64,000 nt of DNA from Alkalispirochaeta sp. (GCA_965242725.1 CBDESZ010000004.1:128001-192000); one strand, 5' to 3'. Positions 22,571 to 31,908 are shown, counted from the stretch's first letter. Made by a program: numbers and translations. Notes: generated by a model not told the origin, from the sequence alone.

Positions 22571-24192
22571 ACGGCGGCCTCCGATCGGGCGCGACGGCTC
22601 CGTCTGATTTTTGTCTGAATACACTCCCGTACGGGAATGATGACCGATATGCCGGGGTATTCCATTTCTCTTTTGATGATTGCCGTGTTTTCGGCGTGTT
22701 TTTTGGGCGACGGGTCAAAGAGAATGACGTGATCAGGGTCGACGCCGCAGCCGATGACCACCTCCCGTATATGGGCCCCTGCAAGGATCGTGTCCTGGCC
22801 GCCGGTCATGCCGGTGGTTCCGTTGTCGAGAATCACCACCGTCATGTTTGTGCCCGCCGATACCGCGTCGATGAGGCCGGGGATTCCCGAATGGAAGAAT
22901 GTGGAATCACCGATGGTGGCGACGACGTTGGGCCGGCCCGCCTCGGCGGCGCCCTTTGCCATGCCGATGGAGGCTCCCATGCAGAGAATCGTTTCCACCG
23001 CATCGTGGGGCGGCAGCGCTCCCAGGGCGTAGCAGCCGATGTCGCTGGTGACGATGCTCTCGGGAAAGGCGGCGCGCGCCTCGGTGAGGGCGTGAAAGGA
23101 GTCGGTGTGGGGGCAGCCGGCGCAGAGCTGGGGCGGCCGCGGGGGAATCGCGGGTGCGGGAAGGGTGGGGCGTGGTGCGAGTCCGAGGACGGGGCGCACG
23201 TTGTCGGGGTTGAGTTCTCCCGCCGCCGGTACCGCACCGTCCATCTTTCCGCTGATTGTCACCGGATCGCCGAGGATAGACCGAAGCTGACGCTCGATGA
23301 AGGGGTATCCTTCTTCTATGAGAATGAGCCGCTCTGCCCCTTCGGCGAGGCGGCGGATCAGCTGTACCGGGACGGGATAGGTGGCGACGTGGAGATGGGA
23401 TGGACGGTGTCCGGTGAGGGCTTCCACGTCCGGGAGGTTTTCCTCGTAGTAGTTGCCGCCGAGGCCGCTGGTGATGACGGCGAAATCTTGGGAGTCGGGG
23501 TTGAGGGAGAGGCGGTTGTAGGGTGCATCCTCGGACCAGGCGGTGAAGGCCGGCTGCTGTTCCAGGAGGCGTGCCCAGTCCTTGCGCGCCATCGCCGGGA
23601 GGGTCATCCACCCCGTCCGGTCTTTTGCCGTGCCGAGATCGCTTTTGGCGAGGGGCGCGGCGCGGCGGATGAGGCCTCTGCTGTGGGAGAGGCGCGTCAC
23701 GAGGCGCACCACCACGGGAACGTGAAAGCGTTCCGAGAGGGTGTAGGCATCCCTGGTCATGTCGTACGCTTCCTGATGGTTCCGCGGCTCCAGACAGATC
23801 GTCCGGGCAAAGTCGGCGAGGTAGCGTGTATCCTGTTCATTCTGGGAGGAGTGCATGCCCGGGTCGTCTGCCACGGCGAGAACGAGTCCGCCGTTGATAT
23901 CCAGGAGGCATGCATTGATAAAGGCATCCATGGCGACGTTGAGACCGACGTGTTTCATCGTCACGAGGCTGCGCTTGCCCGCATAGGAGACGCCGACGCC
24001 CCCTTCCGTCGCGGTTTTTTCGTTGGAGCACCAGCGGACGACGAGCGTGTCGTCATGGGCGTCACGGTAGGACTGAAGGTACTCCAGAATCTCCGTAGAC
24101 GGGGTGCCGGGATAGCCGTAGGCGACGCTGACTCCGGCGTCAATGGCGCCGAGGGCGACGGCGTCGTCTCCGAGTACCAGCATTTCTGCCAT
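22567..24192 (-). CDS. iorA: Indolepyruvate:ferredoxin oxidoreductase alpha subunit
   Basis: YPGTPSTEI, MKHVGLNVA, DDPGMHSSQNEQD, LCAGCPH, IGDSTFFHSG...DNGTTGMTGGQ. Confidence 0.95.
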   Translation of the reverse strand: MAEMLVLGDDAVALGAIDAGVSVAYGYPGTPSTEILEYLQSYRDAHDDTLVVRWCSNEKTATEGGVGVSYAGKRSLVTMKHVGLNVAMDAFINACLLDINGGLVLAVADDPGMHSSQNEQDTRYLADFARTICLEPRNHQEAYDMTRDAYTLSERFHVPVVVRLVTRLSHSRGLIRRAAPLAKSDLGTAKDRTGWMTLPAMARKDWARLLEQQPAFTAWSEDAPYNRLSLNPDSQDFAVITSGLGGNYYEENLPDVEALTGHRPSHLHVATYPVPVQLIRRLAEGAERLILIEEGYPFIERQLRSILGDPVTISGKMDGAVPAAGELNPDNVRPVLGLAPRPTLPAPAIPPRPPQLCAGCPHTDSFHALTEARAAFPESIVTSDIGCYALGALPPHDAVETILCMGASIGMAKGAAEAGRPNVVATIGDSTFFHSGIPGLIDAVSAGTNMTVVILDNGTTGMTGGQDTILAGAHIREVVIGCGVDPDHVILFDPSPKKHAENTAIIKREMEYPGISVIIPVRECIQTKIRRSRRARSEAAV

Positions 24193-24340
24193 TATGAACC
24201 TCCTGTATATGTCGAATTGTCCGTTGATAATCAGGTGATGTCAACGAAAAACCGTATGTTCGACGGATTATGGCGTGCTATTCCGAACAGGGGTGGGGTG
24301 GTGACAGGGGCGATGCCCCGCACCGAATGCGGGTGGATCT

Positions 24341-24370
24341 GGCGGGATGCGACGGGATGCGACGGGATGC
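24341..24370. repeat. 10-bp tandem repeat, 3 copies
   Basis: ggcgggatgc gacgggatgc gacgggatgc. Confidence 0.85.
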
Positions 24371-24382
24371 GGGCGGCGCAGC

Positions 24383-24842
24383 TCAGACCGGTATCTGAAG
24401 GGTGTCCTTTATCGTGGAGAGGACAAATATGGTGGTGATATGTCCGATGTTGGGCATTGAGGCGAGGGTGTCGAGGGCGAGACGCTCGTAACTCTTGATG
24501 TCCCGGGTCACTACCTTCAGGAGAAAGTCCTTGTCACCGGCGACGTGGTGACACTCGAGTACTTCCGGTATCGCCTCCACCGCCCGGTTAAACTCCCTGA
24601 CCGCTTGAGCGGAATGGTCTGAAATGGCGATTTCCACAAAGACCGTTATGGGCAGCCCCACCTTTTCCGCGGTCGACGACGGCGGCGTAGCGGGCAATCA
24701 CGCCGCTCTGTTCCATTTTACGCACCCGCTCGAGGGTTGTTGCCGGGGCCAGACCGATCTGTCGTGCCAGCTCCGCGTTTGTGATGGAGCCGTCCTTTTG
24801 TAGCACCTGCAGGATCCGGCGATTGGTCTGGTCCAGTTTCAT
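24383..24842 (-). pseudogene. Lrp/AsnC family regulator split by one extra base near 24670
   Basis: HTH half MKLDQTNRRILQVLQKDGSITNAELARQIGLAP and RAM half EKVGLPITVFVEI...ECHHVAGDKDFLLKV lie in different frames. Confidence 0.9.
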
Positions 24843-24990
24843 GGTTGTAACGATAGAAGAACTGTTCTCGCAGCGCAAGTGGTCCGTGGATCGGGCGTGA
24901 CGGCATGTACCTGTACGTGCCCGCCGATTTTGTCCGCATGTACTGGAAAATAGTTTGCTTGATCTTTAAAGTGGTTCCAGGAGGATCTTC

Positions 24991-25794
24991 ATGAATTGGA
25001 ACATCTCGAAATTCTTTGTTATCACACTCGTTTTATGCGTTTCCGGGGGAATGGTATTTGCCCAGTCCGGCGGCAGTGTTCCCGAGGGAGGCGAGTTCAC
25101 CTTCACCATCGCACCCCCTCCGGTCGGGTATCCCGTATTTGAACCGGGACAGACGATCCATTCCGTCCGGGGTACCTATCTCGGTATCAGCAATGACGAC
25201 AAAGACTACGACTGGCGTTTTGACGGTGTCATCGGCAGCTACGCCAGGCAGAGTACCTACTCGCCGGTATTTACCTATAATCGGTCTACCGCCGCGGGAG
25301 TTCTCGTCGGTGATGTTCCCGGGGCGGACGTGACGATGGTACCCATCGTCGCAGATTTCACGCCTATTCTGCGTCCATACTACAACGAAAATCTCGATGT
25401 CCTCGCATTCGGTATGCTGGGAACCAACGCGACGATTTCGATCATGGAATTTGATGACTTTGATCTCCAGTCTCAGATGCTGCAGGTCCTCATCGTCCCC
25501 GGCGGCGGTCTGCAGGCCAATATCGGCGTCGGAGATTTCGTGGTCAGTCCTTTTGGTGTGTACCGCTACTCCGTCGGCGGGTATATGGTTGAGTACTCCG
25601 GGGATTTTTATGAACAGAATGACTATCTGGAAAGCGACAGCGACAGCATCGACGGTTACGGATCGCTGATTTTCGGGTTTGACCTGCTCTACAAACCCTA
25701 CAATATCTCCCTCAGCTCCTTTGTACAGCAGGAGGAAGAGGTAACGATCGTAACAATTTCTCTGGGCTTCTCCTTCACCACCGGTGAAGGGTGA
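24991..25794 (+). CDS. Exported hypothetical protein, possible outer-membrane beta-barrel
   Basis: AGGAGG RBS, signal peptide ending VFA-Q, Gly/aromatic alternating strands, acidic loops. Confidence 0.6.
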   Translation: MNWNISKFFVITLVLCVSGGMVFAQSGGSVPEGGEFTFTIAPPPVGYPVFEPGQTIHSVRGTYLGISNDDKDYDWRFDGVIGSYARQSTYSPVFTYNRSTAAGVLVGDVPGADVTMVPIVADFTPILRPYYNENLDVLAFGMLGTNATISIMEFDDFDLQSQMLQVLIVPGGGLQANIGVGDFVVSPFGVYRYSVGGYMVEYSGDFYEQNDYLESDSDSIDGYGSLIFGFDLLYKPYNISLSSFVQQEEEVTIVTISLGFSFTTGEG

Positions 25795-25945
25795 ATTGCA
25801 CACTCCCCGCGACGGGTGTACCATATGAATGAGCGGCACGTTTTGCCGGCTCACCATCTGAAAACCCATTGCTCCCGTCGCCGCATGTACGGATCGACAA
25901 CAGCAAGCCGTACCTGTACCGAACGGGAGTCGCAGGGAGGCGTCA

Positions 25946-28015
25946 ATGTTGAATTCTGCTCTTGTTGCTAGTGTTCTCGCGTTGCTTGTCGTCGCGCTCC
26001 TCGTGTGGGATATCATGCGCCGTCGTATCGAATCTGAGAGTATCCGGCGCCTGACCATAAAAATCCGCAGTGGAGCGGGGACATTCCTGAGAAACGAGTA
26101 CACAATCGTGGCAATCGTCGTACTGGTGATGGGGTTGCTTCTCGCAGTGGCTCCCTATCTCATGGGAGTTCGACCCGGCGATGCGGAGATAGGGCTGGAT
26201 ACGGCGATCGCCTTTGTGATCGGCGCAATTGCATCGGGATTATCCGGAATTATCGCCATGAGTGTTGCGACCCGTTCAAACGGGCGTACCACCGAGGCGG
26301 CGCTGCATGGCGTCAGGAAAGCGTTTCAGGTTTCCTATTCATCCGGCGCGGTAACGGGCCTCTCAATATCAGGTATCGCCATACTCGGTCTTCTCCTCGT
26401 ATATGTTCTTTTTGACGGACGACCCTCCGATGTGAACGGATATGCCATGGGAGCGTCCCTTATGGCGCTCTTTGCCCGAAGCGGAGGCGGTATCTATACC
26501 AAAGGCGCCGATATGGGCGCGGACCTCGTCGGAAAGGTTGAAATCGGTATACCCGAGGATGATCCCCGCAATCCAGCGGTGATCGCAGACAACGTTGGCG
26601 ACAATGTCGGAGATATCGCCGGTCTTGGGTCGGACCTGATGGAATCCTTCGTTGAAGCGATCATTTCCGCAATGGCGATCGCCTACACCCTTTCATTCAT
26701 CCCGGCCAACGAACACTGGCACGACGCCCTCGTTCTGCTGCCCTTCGGTGTCGTGGCGTGGGGAATGGTTTCTTCAATCGTCGGAGTGATCTGGACCCGA
26801 TTCGGCCCGGTGCGGTCGGCGCAGACGGCGCTCAATGTGGGGGTCGTGCTGGCGACGGTGGTGATGCTTGTGGGGACGTTCTTCATCGTGCGGAGTACGG
26901 CCGTTGCCTTTGTCGACGAGTCGGGGAGCCGGCACACCGCCATGGGTCCCTTCTGGGCGATCGCCTCAGGTCTGGTAACGGGAATCATCATCGCCGCTGT
27001 GAGTCTGTACTTCACCGACTCCCGTTATGGTCCGGTCAGGCGGCTTGCCGATTCTGCCCGGAGCGGTACGGCGGTTCTCATCGTTGGGGGGCTAAATCTG
27101 GGCATGATTTCCACGTGGGTGCCTGTCGTTGTCGTGGGTCTTGCTACGCTTGCGGGCTACGCCGCGGCAGGTATTTACGGCATCGGTCTGGGCGCGATGG
27201 GGATGCTTTCCACGCTGGGTATTACCCTCGCCGTGGATTCCTACGGCCCGGTTGTGGATAACGCAGGTGGACTCGCGGAGATGACACATCAGCCGGAACA
27301 GGTGCGGACCATTACCGATTCCCTGGACAGCGTGGGAAACACAACCGCGGCGATCGGCAAGGGATTCGCCATTGGATCGGCGGCCTTTGCCGCACTCGCC
27401 CTCAATACGGCGTACATCCATTCAATCAACCGCTATGCCGAACACGACATCGAGTTGTCTCTGTCGGATCCGCAACTTGTTGTCGGTCTTCTCCTGGGCG
27501 GAATGATTCCCTTCCTCTTTTCCGCTCTCCTTGGCAACGCCGTAGGGCGTATTGCCGGTAAGGTTGTGGACGAAGTTCGACGTCAGTTCAAGGAAATCCC
27601 CGGCCTGATGGAAGGTTCCGCGGAACCCGACACCGAGACGTGTGTGGAAATCGCGGCCAAGGGATCGCTTCAAAGCATCGCATTTCCCGGAATCCTCGCG
27701 GTAGTCATACCGATTATCGTTGGTTTCGGAATAGGGCCGATCGCACTGGCAGGCCTGATCATGGGCGGACTCATCGCGGGGCTGCCCCTGGCAATCATGA
27801 TGGCCAATGCCGGCGGCGCCTGGGATAACGCCAAAAAATACATTGAAGAAGGCCGATACGGAGGGAAAGGTACGGATACCCACAAGGCAACGGTGACGGG
27901 CGACACGATCGGGGATCCCCTGAAGGACACGATGGGACCATCCATCGATATATTGATCAAGCTCATGTCAATTGTGGCTCTTGTCCTCGCGCCGGCCCTT
28001 GGTTCGATGCTGTAG
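25946..28015 (+). CDS. hppA: Membrane-bound cation-translocating pyrophosphatase, K+-dependent type
   Basis: GGIYTKGADMGADLVGKVE, EDDPRNP, DNVGDNVGD, GNTTAAIGKG (Ala = K+-dependent), GDTIGDPLKDT. Confidence 0.97.
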   Translation: MLNSALVASVLALLVVALLVWDIMRRRIESESIRRLTIKIRSGAGTFLRNEYTIVAIVVLVMGLLLAVAPYLMGVRPGDAEIGLDTAIAFVIGAIASGLSGIIAMSVATRSNGRTTEAALHGVRKAFQVSYSSGAVTGLSISGIAILGLLLVYVLFDGRPSDVNGYAMGASLMALFARSGGGIYTKGADMGADLVGKVEIGIPEDDPRNPAVIADNVGDNVGDIAGLGSDLMESFVEAIISAMAIAYTLSFIPANEHWHDALVLLPFGVVAWGMVSSIVGVIWTRFGPVRSAQTALNVGVVLATVVMLVGTFFIVRSTAVAFVDESGSRHTAMGPFWAIASGLVTGIIIAAVSLYFTDSRYGPVRRLADSARSGTAVLIVGGLNLGMISTWVPVVVVGLATLAGYAAAGIYGIGLGAMGMLSTLGITLAVDSYGPVVDNAGGLAEMTHQPEQVRTITDSLDSVGNTTAAIGKGFAIGSAAFAALALNTAYIHSINRYAEHDIELSLSDPQLVVGLLLGGMIPFLFSALLGNAVGRIAGKVVDEVRRQFKEIPGLMEGSAEPDTETCVEIAAKGSLQSIAFPGILAVVIPIIVGFGIGPIALAGLIMGGLIAGLPLAIMMANAGGAWDNAKKYIEEGRYGGKGTDTHKATVTGDTIGDPLKDTMGPSIDILIKLMSIVALVLAPALGSML

Positions 28016-28030
28016 AAAGAGGGAGGAGAC

Positions 28031-28798
28031 ATGGAAACCCACTATTACCTTTCGGTGTATCCCCTGGAAGCGCTTATCGCATCGCAATTGACTCCATTCG
28101 AATATGGCCGGTACATGGCTCTTGGCCGCATTCGAGGTTCAAACGAGCGCATCATGTTTATCGAGGTCGAAGGCGAATTCGGCGACCATTTTGACTGGGA
28201 ATACGCCGAAACGCGGTGCGTCTCCCACGCAGACGGTTCGCCGAAACACTCGGTCTGGCTGTCGGTTTATCGCACCCTTGAACATGTGCCCCTGAAGCAG
28301 TTGCGGTCATTGTTTCTGACCACCCGGGACGGGCGAACTCTGGAGTTGACCCCGACTCCGTACAACCCGCCTCCCGACACGTGGGGATACTATATCTATC
28401 AGGAATTGTGCCCCCTCCATCCACTTGTGGTAAGCAGCCTCAATCCCTCGGAGTTCGGCCGGTACATGACGGATCCCGTCAACAAGGTGTCGGTTCCGTC
28501 GGTGGTATTTGCCGACCTCAAACACGTAAACCCCGATAATCTCAACGAAACAGGCAATATCGGCGCGGCGTATGAGCGGAATCTGGAGCACCTCATCGAT
28601 TGCATTTATGAAGTTACCGCCGGTCCGGACAAGCCGAACAAGAATGTAGAACGTTCTGTACGCTCCTTTACGTACCAGATAATCGAGCATGCCGTATACG
28701 TCAGCGACGGAACGGGTATCATTCAATACACAATGCCCACGGCGGAATCGATACGTCGGGACCACTATGAGTGGGGCCGATCGGCGATGATTTTGTAG
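28031..28798 (+). CDS. Hypothetical soluble protein with internal duplication
   Basis: GGAGGAG RBS, 15 nt after the hppA stop, 255 aa; no family recognised. Confidence 0.8.
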   Translation: METHYYLSVYPLEALIASQLTPFEYGRYMALGRIRGSNERIMFIEVEGEFGDHFDWEYAETRCVSHADGSPKHSVWLSVYRTLEHVPLKQLRSLFLTTRDGRTLELTPTPYNPPPDTWGYYIYQELCPLHPLVVSSLNPSEFGRYMTDPVNKVSVPSVVFADLKHVNPDNLNETGNIGAAYERNLEHLIDCIYEVTAGPDKPNKNVERSVRSFTYQIIEHAVYVSDGTGIIQYTMPTAESIRRDHYEWGRSAMIL

Positions 28799-28946
28799 CG
28801 CCGACGCAATACCGCGCCGACTGCACCTGCGCGACAGGACAGCAATCCCCTTCTCCGGTAGGAAATCCATCCGATATTTCTCTCCTCCCGTAAAATACGA
28901 CGGAATTCCGATCGCCTGATCGCGCCGTTGACGGCACGATGGCGCC

Positions 28947-30002
28947 ATGAAACACACACGAATGAGCGTGCCGGCGATCGCGATTGCCGCGCTTCTTGCA
29001 ATTTCAACAGCCGGTTGCGCCGGGACCCCTCCCATTGAAGGGAACGGCGGTGACCCGATCGCGGTGCGGGAGCGGGTGGTCGTCAACGGTAGGGAACAGG
29101 GCGTCGTTATCCGGGGGACGGACCGGTCAAACCCGGTGCTGCTGTGGCTCGCGGGCGGACCGGGTGGTTCCGAACTCGGATGGACAACCACTTACCTTGG
29201 CGAGCTTGAGAAGGATGTGGTCTTCGTCAACTGGGATCAGCCCGGCGTGGGTATGTCATGGCGGGCCGCCGACTGGGAGACCGTCTCCGTAGACGATTTC
29301 GTCGACGACGTGATCGCCATGAGCGAATACCTCGTCGAACGGTTCGAAACGGACAGGATCGTCCTTGCAGGTCACTCCTGGGGGAGCATTATCGGCCTCA
29401 AGGCGGCATCGCGGCGGCCGGATCTTTACTCCGCGTACCTCGCCATTGCCCAGCAGGTCAATGCCGGAGAAAACGACCGCCACGGCTACGAGATGGTCAT
29501 GCGCGAGGCATCCCGCCGCGGTGACGAACGGGTGGTGAAGCGGCTTTGGGAGATGGGACCGCCGCCGTACGGCCGGGCGGACGGGCGGAACTACGTCTAT
29601 CTCTTCCAAAAGGTACACGTCTACTCGCCCCATCCCTCCCCGGAGCCTTCGGTCACGTCGATGCTCTTTCCCCGGGAGTATACCCTCTTAGATTCCATAA
29701 ACGTGGTGCGGGGGATCATCAACGGCGTGACCCATGTCTATCCCCGGCTTGAGGATCTCGATTTTACCGAGAGTGTCCCTCACCTGGATGTACCGGTCTT
29801 CTTCTTCACCGGTCGCTACGACGAGACGTGCGTTCAGGATATCACGTGGCGCTACTTTCAGGATCTTGAGGCGCCGCACAAGGAGTTTATCTGGTTTGAA
29901 CGGTCGGGGCACAACGTCCCCTATCAGGAACCCGAACGATTCGTCCGTGAAGTGCGGACACGGGTCTTAACACATATTTCCAGCAGGAGGAGTTTTTTAT
30001 GA
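28947..30002 (+). CDS. Alpha/beta hydrolase (proline iminopeptidase-like), probable lipoprotein
   Basis: Lipobox-like TAG-C, AGGPG, WDQPG, GHSWG, GRYD, FERSGH. Confidence 0.88.
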   Translation: MKHTRMSVPAIAIAALLAISTAGCAGTPPIEGNGGDPIAVRERVVVNGREQGVVIRGTDRSNPVLLWLAGGPGGSELGWTTTYLGELEKDVVFVNWDQPGVGMSWRAADWETVSVDDFVDDVIAMSEYLVERFETDRIVLAGHSWGSIIGLKAASRRPDLYSAYLAIAQQVNAGENDRHGYEMVMREASRRGDERVVKRLWEMGPPPYGRADGRNYVYLFQKVHVYSPHPSPEPSVTSMLFPREYTLLDSINVVRGIINGVTHVYPRLEDLDFTESVPHLDVPVFFFTGRYDETCVQDITWRYFQDLEAPHKEFIWFERSGHNVPYQEPERFVREVRTRVLTHISSRRSFL

Positions 30003-30604
30003 ACGATGGAAGGATTCGACGAACGGTATTGATGGTTGCCCTTCTTACGGGGTGCGTCATGGCGGCGACGGCACTGCCCCCGATCAGCGTGGGGATGTCC
30101 ACGGCGGCCAGTACCCTTGACGGCGAAAGTGTCGGACAGGCGACCGTTGCGGGGAGCGTCCGCATTGCCCGATGGTTTGATCTGCAGCTGACGGCCACGG
30201 CGATTCACCCTCTGGAGCGCTCCTACGAGGACGCGGCGGGCCGGAGCTACCAGAGCGAGACCGCCTGGACGGGCATTGGGTTCCGCCCCTTTGTGAGTCT
30301 CGGAGAGAGCGTTGAAATCGGGTTTCCCCTTCGCACCGGTAACGGTTTGATTCAGTTCCGTTATGAACGCCCTTATCGGGATGAGGTTGACTGGACGGAA
30401 GAGATTCTGGACCGGGAGACGATCGCCGTGAACAGCGCGGGAGTCGACGTGACGGTTGCGATTTCGGAAAGGTGGAATGTCGTTATTGAGGCCGGCGGGC
30501 GCGTAAGCTCTCCGATACGGATGACGGTCCCGGTGGAAAAGGACGCTCTCAACGGCTGGTACGCCGGTATCGGTGCTACCTATCGGCTGGAGGGGAATCC
30601 GTAG
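29999..30604 (+). CDS. Exported hypothetical protein, possible small beta-barrel
   Basis: Signal peptide, amphipathic strands, C-terminal GWYAGIGATYRL; start overlaps the hydrolase stop. Confidence 0.6.
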   Translation: MNDGRIRRTVLMVALLTGCVMAATALPPISVGMSTAASTLDGESVGQATVAGSVRIARWFDLQLTATAIHPLERSYEDAAGRSYQSETAWTGIGFRPFVSLGESVEIGFPLRTGNGLIQFRYERPYRDEVDWTEEILDRETIAVNSAGVDVTVAISERWNVVIEAGGRVSSPIRMTVPVEKDALNGWYAGIGATYRLEGNP

Positions 30605-30616
30605 TACACTTCAGGC

Positions 30617-31537
30617 GTGAACCACGTCATCCTGTTTCTCTACATTGTACTCATTGCCGGAGGAACGGGAGGCGTCGTCGCGCTGGCGCTGCTCCATTCC
30701 CGTCTCAGGACGCCGATAACGGCGTCCTTTCTTGTTGCAAACAGCGGCCTCCTCGCGGCGCTGTTGCTGGTGCTTCTTTCCTTCTATATCGATTCAATCA
30801 TGCCACGGAACGGAACGGGAACCGCATTTGACCGCGGTCCGTTACGTACGGCTCTGGGTTTTCTCTTTGGCGTTCTCGTATATGGAGGGCTTACCTCGGC
30901 GGTCGTGCGTCTGCCCCGCTCGTCGCGCCCGCTGACTCTCACCTTTGGTGCCCTCGTGATCGGGGCGATGTCCGTGCAGACGGGACTGATCCTCTCCGGC
31001 GCCATGCAATGGGCGGAACGCCTCGCTCCGGTCTATCTCGTCACCGTCTCGGTGTGTCTTCTCGGGTTTGGCGTCATTATGGTACGCGCCGGCCCGTCGG
31101 CACCATCGCCAACGATGGCGTGGCTCGTAACCCGCCTGGGCTACCTCGCCGCGGGATTTGCAGTGTTGTCCACAGCACTCTACGGTCTCCTGTCGATGGT
31201 GCCATTCCTGCAGTCTGTCGATTTCAGCTTTGATTTTCTCTTTTATGTCGCCTGGTGCGGTCTGTCAATTGCCGCCTTTGTTCGGTATATCACCCGGCCG
31301 GCGCCGGTAGATGAGGGCGACAGCCTGAGCCGCTCCTTTGTATCCGCATTCGCCATCACGCCGCGGGAGGAAGAGATCGTCGGGCTCATCGGTCAGGGGC
31401 TCAGCAATCAGGAAATTGCGGACCGCCTCGGAATCTCCTTCACCACCGTTCGTACCCACGTGTACAACATATTCCAGAAGACCGGCGCCGGCAGTCGCGT
31501 CGATCTTCTGCGTCTTGTCGGCGGGTATCGGGAGTAG
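30617..31537 (+). CDS. Membrane-anchored LuxR-type HTH regulator
   Basis: About 7 hydrophobic segments, then ITPREEEIVGLIGQGLSNQEIADRLGISFTTVRTHVYNIFQK. Confidence 0.9.
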   Translation: MNHVILFLYIVLIAGGTGGVVALALLHSRLRTPITASFLVANSGLLAALLLVLLSFYIDSIMPRNGTGTAFDRGPLRTALGFLFGVLVYGGLTSAVVRLPRSSRPLTLTFGALVIGAMSVQTGLILSGAMQWAERLAPVYLVTVSVCLLGFGVIMVRAGPSAPSPTMAWLVTRLGYLAAGFAVLSTALYGLLSMVPFLQSVDFSFDFLFYVAWCGLSIAAFVRYITRPAPVDEGDSLSRSFVSAFAITPREEEIVGLIGQGLSNQEIADRLGISFTTVRTHVYNIFQKTGAGSRVDLLRLVGGYRE

Positions 31538-31602
31538 ACCGTTGGCGGCCGTTGCCGATGGACCTTCCCAGAAGCGACTGCAGGGTATACCATTGGTTTG
31601 AT

Positions 31603-31908
31603 ATGGAAGATGCGTTAACAGGTTCCCAACGGGCGGCGCTGATGAAAGAGGCGCACCATCTCGATCCGGTGGCGGCGGTGGGCAAGAACGGCCTCACCCC
31701 GGAAGTGCGGGAGCACGTGGACCGGGAACTGGAACGGCACGAACTGATAAAAGTTCGATTTGTGGACTATAAGGAAGACCGCCGGGAGATCACTGAGGCA
31801 TTAAGCCGCGAGCTCAACGCCGTCCTCGTCTCGGTAATCGGGAATGTCGGCGTCCTGTTTCGCCCGGCATCGGACCCGGAGAAGCGGCGAATCACCCTCC
31901 CGGGATGA
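31603..31908 (+). CDS. yhbY: YhbY/CRS1 RNA-binding protein
   Basis: LTGSQRAALMKEAHHLDPV, VGKNGLT, HELIKVRF, IGNVGVLFR. Confidence 0.92.
   Translation: MEDALTGSQRAALMKEAHHLDPVAAVGKNGLTPEVREHVDRELERHELIKVRFVDYKEDRREITEALSRELNAVLVSVIGNVGVLFRPASDPEKRRITLPG

Noticed and set aside
24205..24290. Possible Lrp binding array before iorA
   Set aside because: CG...CG elements have inconsistent spacing; no defensible consensus.
24341..24370. CRISPR-like repeat
   Set aside because: Only 10-bp units, no spacers, no cas genes.
20199..24438. 603-aa and 580-aa plus-strand ORFs
   Set aside because: Antisense to the acyl-CoA ligase and iorA; no recognisable domains.
9100..24680. Programmed frameshifting in MATE or Lrp
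   Set aside because: Both need a +1 shift with no in-frame stop or recognisable stimulator at the site; a simple indel is more parsimonious.
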